64,000 bases of DNA, from NCBI GenBank assembly GCA_965655095.1, contig OZ296652.1, forward strand, positions 88,598,001 through 88,662,000, given 5' to 3'. Below the pieces are notes generated by a model, which saw nothing but the letters and a program-made list of their open reading frames with translations, had not been told where the DNA came from and ran no database searches. Below are positions 36,480 to 50,400 of this stretch, in pieces. The stretch is from Haplodiscus bocki. Taxonomy: Eukaryota. How positions within the stretch are numbered: the first letter of the stretch is position 1; every line of letters begins with the position of its first letter. A program made the translations under genes and the position numbers.

Positions 36480-39400
36480 ACTACTATCAGCGTTGGAGTT
36501 CGCATTGATCCTCTTTTCACAAAATAGGCGCTACAGATTGAACAGATGCTTGTGAGAGATGAGAAAACGAAGGACTTTTACTAGACACTGTCTTCGACTA
36601 GACTCCTTAAACGGAAAAAAAGAGAAGCTGTACATCCCTCTGGATTTCAGAAATGGCCCAACAACAGACGCCCTAAATGACTCGAGAACTTACGTCAGTG
36701 CAATCTCTGAAAATGAACTAGTAAGATTGAAATAACGAGCCCGCACCAAAAATCATGAAATTGACGACCCTCCACATTTTCAAAATCAGCTGGAATATGG
36801 TCAGGTAGAAAAACCCAAAGCAAAAGCTGCTCTCAAATTCGGTATTTGAGATGATACTTTCTCAGAACATCTCGTCATATTGAGGAAACTAGTAAGGCCA
36901 GTCTTTGGGTCGCACTTCACGAGACACAACAGAGTACTGATACCCACTGCACAAAAAACATTCACTTTCTTCACTTGACAATGCAAGTCAAAAGCACTAA
37001 CAGCAAAAAAAGCAAAACCCCAAATTTCCCTAGCAATGGCAACATGAAACTTCCTCCGAATACAACAAAAGCAATCATTGCTTTTTTGGATAAAACATCA
37101 GAAAGGAAAACACAAGTTACTGTGACCCCATTGAAAAATTTTAACGAAACGGCAAGTTTGTTGATTTCCCAGTTTTTATCAACAATATCTGACCAAAAAC
37201 TAGTACTCAGAGTGACAAACACAACTGAATCACCTCACCCTATCAGAAAAAAACACTCAAATTGCCGTGTTCTGTGATGTAAATGAAGAGCAATCCAAGT
37301 TCACAAAACCAGTGGACACGGCATTTTTCAGCACGACACACGGAGCTGATCTGGACCTGACTGCATACCTGAATGAGCTACTTAAAACAGTTTGATGAGA
37401 ACAACAGAGCGACACAGTTTTGTTTCTCACACCCGAAAATCCAGGCAAACTGAGGGTTAAACCTTAAAGAGAGACACGAATCTTCAAGGAAATGAATGAA
37501 CTAAAAGAGAGAAAAGAAAGGGAGAGAATCAAACTCAACAGAAAAAGCTCATACAAGAGGGAGATGTCGTGAACAATTTCATTGGACAGATACACTGCTC
37601 AATGAAAAACAAGCAGTCAAAACAACCTTAGTTGAGTACTATGATAATATTGCCAAACACAGAAAAGACAATGGGTTGAACAGAGTTTAAAGGGAAGCGC
37701 ACACCCAAAGATGACAAAGGTGTCCACAGCCAAAACCCACCAATGCCAATGCACCTGGAAGAAGACGTCATCGTTGAGTTTGCCGGGATGCACAAATATG
37801 GGATCATGACAATACTAATTTTCTCCAAGTAGACAAGACTAATTTTTGCAGAGAAAACCTAATGGAAAACTACGGCTGGTTGCGGATTTGAGGAAAATCC
37901 ACAGCTTGATTACAGATGGCTCTACGAATAACAATCTCCAGCGAGCACTCTGTCAGACGCAGCACAAGACTTGCCAGGCATATCAGTTTTTGCAGATGGC
38001 GGATCAACGGTCAGTGGAGACGCTTGCAATCAATTTTGCCAGCAGAACTTTGCCGACAAGAGAATTGCACAAGGTCCGAGCAGATCTGCGTCTGCATTTT
38101 CAAGCTTCTTGTGCGAGTATTTGGACCCAGTTCTCAACGCTTCCCAACGGGCTCAATATGTGGACAATAGTGGAATTGCAGCCATTAATGCCACGGGTTT
38201 TACCGGATCAATCGGGCAGTCTTCTTGTGCTTTCACAAAGCAGGATTGAAACTAACACTAGAAAAAGGCCATTTTGGGGTCAAGCAAGTCAAATTTCTTG
38301 GTAGGGGCGTCTCACCGGAAGGAATCTCAACACAATCTCGCAAAAATAAAAATTTTCTCAACAAGTTGAGATTACCTATATCAAAAAAGGCTTTGCAACG
38401 CTAGTTGGGTTTCGTAATTAACCACACAAACATTATTCCCAGGATGGCCGAAAAACTCAACCTATTCTACTTTTTACTGAAAGCAGAAGCCCTAATTAAC
38501 GCAACGTCAGAACTCAATGATGCTTTTCACTTGGTCAACAAAGCCTTCATTGACGCTTGCGAACTTTAACTAAAACAGCTTTTTTCAGAACAAGAACTTG
38601 TAATGATGACGCATGCGAGCTTCAGTAATGCTGGATAAGCTGAAATGGTAGACGACAACCATGAGCAGAGATGTCCAATCAGAAAGGAGCACCTACGCAA
38701 TTGTGGCTTGTGGCGTTGGAATCAAATTTTCTCTCCCCTGCACAACACAAAATGTCAATCTACACGGAAGAATTCTTGGCAACTTACATCGCATTTCAGG
38801 AGTTTGCACAGCTTTTTCGGGAAGCGGCCAAGCCAACAGTTGTCTCAACAGATACTAAATCATTTACACGTTTCCTTTGGTCAAAAGCTATTCCACCGTC
38901 ATTATGGAATGCGTGCGATTATGTGTTGCATTTTAATTTCAAAACAGGACGCATTGCCGGTTCAGTCAACACAGCTGCTGATTTTTTTCCTGACTGGAAC
39001 TTAACGTTACGGAGAAGATCTGTCTCAATGTCCAGGAGGAGACACAGGCAACACAAATGGAGATAACAACATCTGCTCGGATGTCTCAGAAGAAGAACAG
39101 TTCTTCTTCTTACATACAGATGGTGAAGACGAGATTGAAAACCAGACCCTTGATCGAAAACAACAACCTGGGATACTTGTGACAGAATCGGTAGCAAAGG
39201 AGTAACCGTCCCGAAAGAGCTCTGTTATCAAAAATTCTAGAAGGACCAACGGAAACCGTACTTCATACTCCATCAACGGAATCAAAGAGACTGCACGCAT
39301 ATGATTGGTATAAGACGTCGATTTAGTATTAAAGAATAAAAAACTGAAAAAACTTGGCCAACCACATGAAGTGCTACCAACAAAAAAACGACGGTTTAAT

Positions 39401-40880
39401 ACTACAAAAAGAACGAAGATCTTATCATATTCAAGGATAGACTGCTCCTCCGGAAACACTAGGGAGAAACTGGTAGCGTCCAATGCTTCCAACTTTTTAG
39501 ACCGCGGCAGTTGACTGACGGATTACTCCGGAGCCTGCACGGATAATTAGGAAATAACCCCGGAATTAACAGGACAAAAACTGCCTACAGACAGTAATGC
39601 TTTTATCCATACATGGCGCAGCTAATCAGAAAGTGGGCCCTTTTGTGTGAGAAATGTGTCAAGGAATCTTAAATTGACTGCAGGCGCACCCGCCTATTCC
39701 TTCGGAACCCTAGTGAACACATCGCCTGACCAGGAGACGCCATGAAGGTCGATTTATCTGCCAACCCAACAAAAATTCAGAATGCAAAAACATTAACCAG
39801 AGTCATATTCAACATAATGATCAAGCGCGCCTACTTACAACGACCTTACTTTCCGTGATCAAAGAAGTAGCTGAAGTTCTCGGAGTGGCACGGCAGCATT
39901 CCACAACAAAGCACCCACACACAATTGGAAAGCCTAGACGAGCACACGCTTCGCTCAAAAAGGCACTAGAAACTGAAACAGGTGAACGAAGATCAATGTG
40001 TTACAACTATTTGGACATCGCAGTCTGAACTACAACATGTTTAGCCATGCAAACATTGGGTGGGAACCTAGGAGAGTCTTCCTTTCCGTACAGCGTCTTT
40101 TATTTGAATTTGGGCATTCGGCCCCATAAGTCATCCACGCCAAATTCACAGGTCACCTAAGATGTTTTAGAACAAAGAAAAGTTTTTCCAAGACGTTTGT
40201 AAGAATGCCATGCAGGCCTACATCAAGTGCGAAAAAAACTATGACAAAAAGCAAATGCCTCATAACTAAGAGAACGAGAATACATGTATGTCTTACAGCC
40301 CAAATCAGATCATCAAGAAAGTAAAACTCGCTCTACAGATTTTAGGTCGTCTTGTCCTTATATTGTCAAAACACTTTCGCTAAAACTTAATTGTTTGGTA
40401 AATTAAATCGGAGCGGACAAAATCCAAGTGCTTCAACGCATGACAACACGCCCTTTCACGACTAGACAACCAGTACCTGATGTACAGACCAAGTAACAAG
40501 AATGGAAGCTCGACTCTGAGGTGATCATTAAACATTAATCTTCTTACACTAGAGAATGGGATTATGAATATAAAAAGTCTACTTCCGACAACAACCAAGA
40601 TGAATCGGACAAACGTAAATCGCTGAAAATTGCAGTACGATCTGACGAGGCAAACGAAGAAACGAAGACCATTCCAGGCACATTACCAGAAAGTTGTTCC
40701 GATGTTTTTCCGGTAGATGACGGGATACAAGACAGAACGGACACGGATGATATTACAAGCTACACACGGCACACGCATTGGAAGCATCGTAACCCTAATT
40801 TGACCAAACCCCGAAAGACAAAATACGATGTGCGTTGTAATCCGAGGTTGAACTGCAATGACGATTACAGACATTGATTT
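36480..40880 (+). pseudogene. pol: Gypsy pol (protease, RT, RNase H, integrase), degraded
   Basis: Protease ALNDSRTYVSAI (~36670); RT QRKPNGKLRLVADLRKI (37846) and AQYVDNSGIA (YVDD decayed); RNase H LVMMTHASF, KMSIYTEEFLATY, VVSTDTKS, IAGSVNTAADF; integrase remnants 39480-40300 with part of the core deleted. Confidence 0.9.
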
Positions 40881-43800
40881 TTTGTACCTCATAGAAACCT
40901 TTACATGAATGCTAAAATGCTATCTGGATCATTTATGGGAAGAGGACATCAAGGAAATTTCAAATCTGATTTACCAAAGATAACGGAATGCCTGCTGTTA
41001 ATGCCTAGTTTTTGAGGATATTCCCTGGCTTAAAGCCATTGTTCTACTCAACCTCATCATCTACATCAAAGACTCGATCTAATCTTCACTTCGGACTAAA
41101 TACTACAAATTGCAAAAAAATAAATATGCAAAGAAAAGATAGCCAGATTTATCGGCGAGACATTTGGAACACAGGAGCAACACGGCGTTCACGACCGCTT
41201 TTGCAGGCCGCAGATCATTCCAAAACTTCCATCCAGAGCAGCCACAAAGTGGGGTCTTGTCCCAAACTGACGCGCGTACAGGGATTGACAGGTGGACTAG
41301 CGGCCGTTGAAAATTTCTATTTGGTGAGTAACGGACTGCTGACCCTTACCCTGTTCGCAGCCTCTCCGGGACTACTGATGTTGTGACTATTTCCTGGGAA
41401 GCACGGATCACGTGGGTCGTCGGGTCTGACTTCTACCCCCTCACCTTCGACAATGTTAGAGAATCTCACTGCCGTTCGGCATATGGTTTCATCCACGACA
41501 GAAGACTCCAACATGCCAGCGTAAAATCTCGCTCAAGGATATTTTTTGAAGCTTTGCGTCGTAAAAGCAAATCCTTCCGACAACGCCGCAGATTTTCAAT
41601 AACAGCAGCAGTTTAGCGGAGACGATCAATCTCCCGAAGATCAAAAACAGTTTGAGCACAAACAATATTAGCAGAAGCAATGGCAGCATTCGGCACACAA
41701 ACGAAACTCCGCTGCGTGAAATGCAGCCACCTCACGAAGTCCTCCATGCGAGCTGTTGCGAACGTCACATCTTGGGCAAGAATCGAATAGTGTTTGTTTT
41801 TAACACAATCCAATATCACAACATAAGGGCAAATTGGACTTTCGAGCGTTTGCAGGATCAGAGCAGTTAATTGAAAGATCTAAAGCACAGTGTATTTGAG
41901 CAATAGCATTGCCACAGACAGAATCCGTTTTTTTGAAAAAAAACTCACCCGGTACAGGCCCTGGCGAGCACGAAATCCAGCCTTACAGACACAAAAGGAC
42001 AGGATGTGAACCACATCAGTACGCTTCCTTTTGGAATGGTGTTCCAGCCGCCTCTGCTTTTCACGAAAATTTGGAACTCTGCTTTGGACAGCTCCACCAC
42101 AGACCCTTTGATTTCCCAGAATCCCAAAAAGATGTTGCCCAAACAAATAGAACACGGAGTGCTCTTCCCCGCACAAGACCAAGGAACACACGTTTATGGT
42201 CACCATTGACAAATGAAGCCAGAAAAATACTCTGCCTCAGTCTTTCCAGTTCTTAATCAGGAAAAGGATTCTCATCGATGTCACGAACCAACCAAGCAGG
42301 GGTTTCCAACCGCACTCGCCTATCCTGTGGGAAATGACGGGCACCCTGAAAATGCCAGAGAGTCTCGTATGGCCCATGAGTCAAGACAGACACACCCTTG
42401 CAGCAATGTCTGAAAAAGAAATGAGTTGGCAGCATCGGTGAGTCACGAAGAGGCGTCCCAGTTTAGCAGTGGCGTATGACTTTTCCATTTTATTGTTTTT
42501 TTTTGCTGACAACACTTCGACGCCCAGGAGCCCAGACTGACTCATCTGCACTCATGTTTGTTGTTGTATCGACACGCTTGCGACTGTTGACGACTCCTTG
42601 AACCAGCTTGTCATGAATTTATTTCAGATTGGACAAGAAAACGAGAACATTGAACATCTCAAACCAGGATGCTCCGTAGTGCATAGGGAAAGATACTAAC
42701 TGCTCATCAGAGGTTCCAGTAACTCTAAAGACTCTCTCTCACAGACTGGCAGGCAAAAAGATACGAGGAGTTGAGTGGTGGAGCTTTTGCTCGTAGAAAG
42801 AATTTCTGCAGTCAACTTGTCTAATCAACTTGTTAAATGAAGAACGATTCTGCAAACTTCCCCAGACAAACTAAAGCATTAATCTCATCAAAAGCCTGTT
42901 CCAGCAAAGTACAACTGCGATCAGCACCAAAACTGGCTCTTACTTGGTGATAACGGCTTTCAAAAAGAGGAATCAAGCGTCTACTCACAACTGCTTTCTT
43001 CCTCCGAACCTAGCTCTCGCTCTCAACGCCAAAAGAAATTTCCTCATGCCCGGATCTGGACAGTTTGTCTTCATCAGCACGTATACACCAAAATGTTGCA
43101 AAGACATGGATGCAAAAGAACCGAGGAACTATGTTTTATAAGATGAAAACCAATTCTCGAAGATCTCCTTGCGACTGCATTTCCTGGAAGCCCTCCATCG
43201 CATCTCGACTTCAGATGTTACGCCACCAACTTGAGCTTGTGATCCAAGCAGTTCAGGGAACATTGCCTGAGAACACTCCCAACGACTAGCAGGTTCTCCA
43301 ATAGAACCATACAATGAAAAACATCAACCTCATGATGCCATCAGGATCTATTTCGCACGGAAAGAACTTGCGTGAAACAGAATTACTTAGTGACCAAAAT
43401 GTGATTTTTTATAGGAAAAGCTGGAGGTTAGTGAAGGTAAGATAAAACAAAACTTACAGAGCGGAAGGCCAGAAGTATCAGGAACCCTGCCTGGGTCTCG
43501 CAGGAAAGCCTGGCTCACAGACTTTTCGAAGGTGAACACCTCAGACTGCACACCACAACTCAGTGGGGTACTGCTCCCAACCGCATCCACATATTCTTCT
43601 GCCTGAGCAGCATCGGCAGCGGCACTTTCTTTGAGCATGGGAGGGTCGTGATCGTTCTTGGTCGCGTCTCCACAGGGAAGAGAAAACTGCACAACCAAGT
43701 TTGTGCAGCGCAGACAATATCATTCCGGACTGACACCAGATTCCTCAAACTAGCCTCTTCCTCATTGCTCTCCAACATCTCAACGGGGATTTCAAGAAGA

Positions 43801-44870
43801 TTAGGGGAACTTATCGCTCTCCTGCTGCAGCAGAACGAAAGACGAACTGACCTGGAGATGACTCGACACCTTCCACTACCACAACACGTTTCTCTGCATT
43901 GACTGACATGTTTTTTCGTTCATATTGAAGAACCCGGCTATCAGGCTTTTACAGGCTGGGTTTACATATTTCAATCATTATATTTTTGTTTTAGTTGTGA
44001 CTGGTTTGTCTGCAAGCAATGATGTCGGCATCATATTTGCAGGACACGCTCAGGAACAAAACTCGAAGTTTCCTCTTTACCAATTTTTGTTCCTGGGTTT
44101 GTTAACAACGCATGTTTTTCAGTTATGCTGTCAATTACTTGACCTAATCTTTTTAAATTTCCTCCTCGGGAACCTCAAAGCATTTCCCGTGAAACGTAAC
44201 TCGCCTGCCACCCTCTGGTTTACTTCGTTACTTTTTAAAGTCACTTCTATCAATTTTAGTAGCTAAGGCAAATCTTTAATTTTCACCGCTATGTTTCGAG
44301 TCTTTTCTGCAGATTCCCTTCGCACAGACTCAAATTTTTTCTGTCTGCAAAGCGTTCGATAAGAGAGCGCATCTTAACCAGGGACAACTCTCCAGAAGTC
44401 CTTAACTCTACCCAATTGTCGGGAGCATTGGCACGCGAAGTAATCACCATCTCCTCCGTAACATCACCGGAGCAACAGATTGTGACAAATGAGTCAGATT
44501 CAAACGAACCTATAATGCCCTCTGGCTACCGGAGACAGCAAGCGATCATTCGCCTTAGCTTGAACGATTTAAATCTGCATCCGGGTCTGTTTCAACGCGA
44601 TGACGCCATTATCACCGGCATCGGTAACGGAGCCAATATCACAACCTGCTGCAAAAGAAAACATCTCGATACAAGACGAACCGGTTGATGTTTCCAACAT
44701 AATATTACCACCAATGATGTTCAGTTCTATTAAGGCTTGGGAGACATCTTCAGACGTTCGATTGTTTTATTAAGATGAACCGCGACGAAAAACTCTTGCA
44801 TCGAGCCAATCCCCCACGCTGCCGCCACCAGGAGAACATAAGTGAAAACTGACACAGCGGAAGTTTTTCC

Positions 44871-44881
44871 ATGAAAAAGGG
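44871..44881 (+). promoter_or_regulatory. Polypurine tract
   Basis: ATGAAAAAGGG immediately before the 3' LTR. Confidence 0.6.
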
Positions 44882-46374
44882 TAGTAGCGTAGCGCACCTG
44901 CAAAAGCCTGAGATCAACTGTTACCAGCAGAAAAGACACCCCAAAGCTCGGCAAAAACTCAAACTTTCACAGTCAACTTAACAAACTTTCAAATATAAAA
45001 TTGTTTGCCATACCTGTATACTGATGCGTATCACGTACGGATCACCTTAGTGAACCGACCTAGTTTAGGAGAGAACCGACAGGAGCGAACGAGTTTCCAC
45101 AGAGCTATTCCATTGAGAAGGTGCCTTTTGTTTTGATCTTCATTAACTTTCATTAAAACCCACATTTGTTCCGTACCTGTTCCGTTGGTGTTATTCTGGT
45201 GACGTCACATCCAATCCAACTACTCAGCTATGGCTCGCTGCTGTACTGAATACGGAGTGACTCCGTCAAATTTCTTAATTTGAACGCTCTTTGAGGGACT
45301 TTGACTGATGCTACTAATGGCCAAGGAAATTCTCCGGACACTACTAGTAGCCGCTCGCTTGAACTAGGAAAAAACTAGCAGTGCTACTAGTTTCTCCTTA
45401 TTATGTCAAGGGTTCACTGACGCACCAATCAAAACACTGTAAACGAAAGGCCATAATTTTTTTTTCAATTTTAAGATTGTTTTCTTATTCTTATACACGT
45501 AAAATTCATACATTTTGCATTTTTTCTGTTGATTAAGGAAAGGTTGAAAAGTTTCCAATTGAGAACTAAACATTATTTCGCATAAAAATAAGCCGGCGAG
45601 GGGACAAACACGTTGACGACGTCAATGCCTGACTGATTTGGTCCGTCCCAGTTTTGTCGAAGGATGGAAGCGTTGCGTCCATTGAGGGAAGAGATGGATG
45701 GAAACTACGTTTGTTTCCCGCCAGAGTCGGCTGGTCTGGTCTGACTTTATGTGAGTAGTTTTCCCTGTTTGTACTTTGACTTTGCGTGTAAACAAATATG
45801 TTTCGCGCCAAGGGAGAGGGAAGAAAGGATATATGATAATGCAGGACAAACAAAAAGATAAGCACTGATGCTAGGAGCAACTAACGCACTTCTTGAAAAC
45901 TTTACTTCTGAATTTACCAACTGTTCCAAAATATTATTAGTTAGTTTCCTACTGAAACACTGCTGAATGTTTTTCCTTTTCTTCAAAAAGGGCAACTCTG
46001 AAGGATAAAAGAAAGTTAGCAGCCACCTACAGGTGTATTTATGAAGATCATTCTAGGAATCACTAGACTCCGGAATCTAATTCTTTCAGAATTTGGGATG
46101 AAAATATTACTGACGCCTCAGAGGAAATTGGGGGTAGAGGGGCAAAGAAACTGTCCCAGGTGTTCAGTGGGGCAGAAAATAGAGTTTGGTCGGCTCATCA
46201 GGACTGGATGAACCCGACAGTTCTGAACCCACACGCTCAGGCTCACTCCGGAACAATTCCGGAGACATCTCGGATTCTAAGTAGAGAAAACCAGAGAACG
46301 CATGACGAATCCTGAAGTGGGAGTCTCTACGAGCCAATTCTCACAGCATTCAAGCCCAGAAGAGACCTCTTAGA
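44882..46374 (+). repeat. 3' LTR (~1.5 kb)
   Basis: Collinear with 33296-34941, roughly 70-80% identical by eye; lacks ~120 bp present at ~33578-33695; ends GAGACCTCTTAGA versus GAGACTTCTTGCA. Confidence 0.85.
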
Positions 46375-47459
46375 CGTTGAAACTCTTATTGAGTGAAAAT
46401 TTCAGATTTAATTCGCACCACAATCCTTCTGTGTAAGGCTCAAGGCGTGGGGCAAAACATCTTGGAAATAGGTGGGGCAAAAATACAAAGGAGTCCAGTG
46501 GGTGAATTAATATACTGTAAGAGACAGGGTTTTTCTTCATGAACCCACGACGATTTGTTTAAAGTGTTGAAAAGTCTATGAATGCCAGGTTTTGTGTCAA
46601 GTGTCCGGTGTTTGGATAGTGCTTTGAAAAAGGTCTTCTACAAAATTCGTGAAAAACGACATGTGAAATTTTGCTTTTATAAGAGAAGTGATAAGGCAAA
46701 GAAGGCTTTGTCTAAGGGTACTTCACTCAGTTGACAAGTTGACAAGTCTTGCTATAATAAAAAGATTTACAGTCTTTCTTCGTTTTTCAACTCTGGGTCC
46801 ACTAGTCTATTTGCTTAAAAAATCTGTCTGCCACTGGCTGTGTTTAGCATTCTCATCTGCTTTTGGCTGCTTGTTTAGTATTCTTGTTTGCTACTAGCTG
46901 CTTTATGAGTAACTTGGTCCGAAATTATCCCTGCGTAACAAGAGGCTCGCATATTCTCTCGTCCTGCAATTGGTCACGCCTGAATGCCGTACCTTCAGTG
47001 TATTGTGCTGCAATTCTTGCATTTTCTTAGGGTTTCTCCGGTTGATCACCTTGTCTCCACCACTGATGTGATTGATCACCTTCCCACTGAATTAAATCCC
47101 CCGCACTGATCCAACTACCCCCGCTGACTTCACTATCGCCCCTTGAGCTCAACCCGCCTTTCGACACTATAATGGATATGCGGAGAAATTGAGAGGCAGA
47201 ATGGGTCAAATCACGAGCGACTTAAATTTAGCCAGTCAAAGAAGAGCTTGCTTCAGCATGGGGAGGGATGGCGGCTAACATTCTGGTTACTACTGGTGAG
47301 GAGGAGTTAACGAAAAAGACCCAAAAGTTGAATCGCCGGAACAAATTCGAAAAAACTGAAAAGCGTCGTCCCACATCTCCGAACCTCCTCAGTTCTTCAA
47401 CGCCCCAACCCCTTGTTTCTTCAACCCACCTCCCCCCCCAAAAAATTACAGTATAATTG

Positions 47460-50400
47460 TGAGTGGGGTTTGTAGAGTGACGGGACGTATGATGAATTGG
47501 GGGTGGGGGTTGAGGATGTGGTGGGGGATTGATGATGTGGGGGCGTTGAAGGAATGACAGGGGGCTCGAAGAAATGGGAGGGGGCTTGAAATAGTTGGGG
47601 GTTTGAAGGGGACGGGAGGGCTCAAAGAAATTGTCGGGATGGGGGCCCTGAAGAAAAGGTGGTGGCGAGAGGGGGCTTCACTGGGTTGGAGGCTTGAAAT
47701 TGTGCGAGAGGGGGGGGGCTTGAAGACGTGGAATGATTGGGCTGGAAGAGGTGTCGAGGGCTGCCTCTAGATATGGACGGGTTGAGGATTTGCGAAGATG
47801 AGCGAGTAAGTGGTTTGGAAAGCTCGAAGAAGTGAATGAGAGCTTCAAGTAGTGTGGAGCCTTAAAGATGGTGGAGTAGGGGTCCTGATGAAGTTGGGAG
47901 CATGAAGAAGAGAAGGGGGGAGCTTAAAGAAGTAGGGAAGGGGGGCTTGAGGAAAGGAGGTTTGAAGAAATTGGCAGGGGAATTGAAGAAGTAAAGAAGG
48001 GAGTTTTGAGAAATGTGGGGAGGGGCCTTGAAGAAAAGTGGGGTAGGACTCGTTGAAATTGGAGGACGGGCCTAGAAGTTTAAGGGGTGTGCTTGAGGAA
48101 CTGGGACGGAGCTTGAGGAAGTCCGCATGGGGTGGGAACAAGTGGGTGGAGGCCTTGAAAATATGGGAGAGCGCTTGAAGAAGTGGGGGCCTTTAAAATG
48201 CTGTATGGGGTGGCGGGGCTGGAGGAAGTTCGGAACCCGAGGAGATGGGGAGCTCAATGAAATGGGGGCTTAAAGAAGTATGAATGGGGCTGGAAGAAAT
48301 TGGAAGGAGGCTAAAAGAATTGATTGGGAGAGGGGCTGGCAGAGACTGCGGGGAATGGGGCTTGAAGTTGTTGGAGGCTTGAAAGAGTAGGGAGAAAAAG
48401 GGGCTAGAACAATCTGAGATGATGGGCTTGAAAAAGTTCGAGGGCTTGGGGGATGTGGAAGGCTATTGAAGAGGTGGGGAGCTGAAGGAGTTCGGAAGGT
48501 TTGAAAAAATGGGAGGGTTTGGGCTGGAAGATGTGAGGTGGGATGTTTGAAGATGTGGGTGGGTCTAAGAAAACGGACGGCTCGCGAAGAAGTGTAGGGG
48601 GTGCTTGAGGAAGTGAGGGGATTTTTGAAGGGAAGGGGAATTGCCTTAAAAAGTCGTTGGAAGTCCTGAATAAGCTTAGATCCAGGTTAAAAAAATTTGG
48701 TAGGGCTTGAGGAAGTGGAGGGTGCCTGAGGAAGTCGGGAGATGGGAGCAGGAGGATCGAAGAAAAGGCGAATGAGAGTTTTCAAGAGGTGCGGTAGGTG
48801 TCGTTCAGGATGTCATGGAGTGGGGTTTGAAGATTGAGAAGCCGATTGAAGAAGCGTGGTTTGGTTTAGGAAGTTGAGGTTGGTTCAAGGAAAGTGACGG
48901 GCCAGAGGAGGTAAAGGGCGACTGAAAATTGGGGGGGGGGGGGTGTTGGGACTAAAGAAGTGGGGAGGGCTTGAAGGAATGGAGCGGCTGGTTTGTAGAA
49001 GTTAGAGGTGAACTTGAAAACCTGGGTTGATGGGCTCCAGCAAGTGGAGGTGGGGTATGAAAGAGTTAAGAGTGATCTTGAGGATGTGCCAGGCGCTTGA
49101 TGAAGTGACAGGCGCGGGCCTTGAAAAAGTTGGGAGCATGAAAAAATGGAGAGGCGAGGCTGAGATCAATGGATCTCGGAGAAATGGGTGCGACGAGGGG
49201 GTGTGGAGCTGGAAGAAGCGGAGGGAGTATGCTTGAAGGAATGGGAGGGAATTAGGAACACAAAATGGGGGTTTGACGAAATGGGGAGTGCTTGAAGAAG
49301 TTATTTGAGGGGACCTTGATGGATTTGGGGGCTTGAAAAATAGGGAGCGGGGGCTGGGACAAGTGGAGTTCGAAGAATTGGGGCGACGAGGCATGGGCTG
49401 CCCGAAATGAGGGAAGATGCTTGAAGATGTGGGGAGGGCTTGAAGAAGTTGGGCAGGAAGAACTGGGGAGGGCTTGAACAAGTGGAGGGGGTGGATTCTA
49501 GATGTTGATTTTAGGGGGGACGGGTCTTGAAGAAGTTGGGGGCATAACGAAGTGCGGAGGACTTGAAGAAGTGGGGGTGCCGAAAATGAGAAAACGGTTT
49601 GAGATGTGGCAGGCTGGAAAAAAGGTTGTGGAAGCTGAAGAAACAGTTGAAATGGGCCGGTACAATTGGAGTTGGGACTTGAAGAATTTGGGTACAGGCT
49701 TGAGGATGTGCGAGGGGCTTGAAGAATTGGGCGGCTTCAACAAATAGGGGCTTGCAGAAGTGTGAGGGGCTGGGACAAGTGGAGAGGTTGGGCTGGCAGA
49801 AGAAAGGAGGGCTGCCTGAAGACGTGGACGGGTTGAGGATTTGCAAAGAGGTGCGAAAAAAGTGTTTGGGGGCTCGAAGAACTGAGGGAGAGCTTTAAAT
49901 GGTGTTGGGCCTTAAGGATTTAAAAATGGGTGTCATGGAGAAGTTGGGGTCATAAGGAAGAAAGGGCTCGAAGGAGTAGGGGAGCGGGCTTGAAGAAAGG
50001 GAGTTTGATGAAAATGGGAAGGCTTGAAGTTTTTCGGGGCGTGTAGGACTGGTGACATCTTGAAGTTTAGGGTGGCTGCCTTGAAGAAGTGATAGGAGTT
50101 TTGAAGAAGAGAAGATGGCTTGAAGAAGTGGTGGGGAGGGAGCTGAGACAAGTGGAGCTTAACGAATTGGGGAAAGAGGGGGGAGTGGGCTGAACGAAAA
50201 AAAGGAATGCCTAAAGGTGTGAGCGAGGGCTTCAAAATATTGGGGGCATAACAAAAAGTGTAGGGTTTGAAGAAGTAGGGGGGTTCATTTTTGAGAGTAC
50301 GGTTGAAGATTTGGGGGGGGGGGGGGTTCGAAGAAGTGGGAGGGCTCCCGAAGAGGTGTAGGGGGTGCTTGAAGAAGTGAGGAGATTTTTGAAGAAAAAG

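Larger units (their letters stand above)
33296..46374 (+). mobile_element. Full-length decayed Ty3/Gypsy LTR retrotransposon (~13.1 kb)
   Basis: Two long direct repeats, PBS, gag, pol in PR-RT-RH-INT order and PPT; many stops and frameshifts; no matching TSD. Confidence 0.9.
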
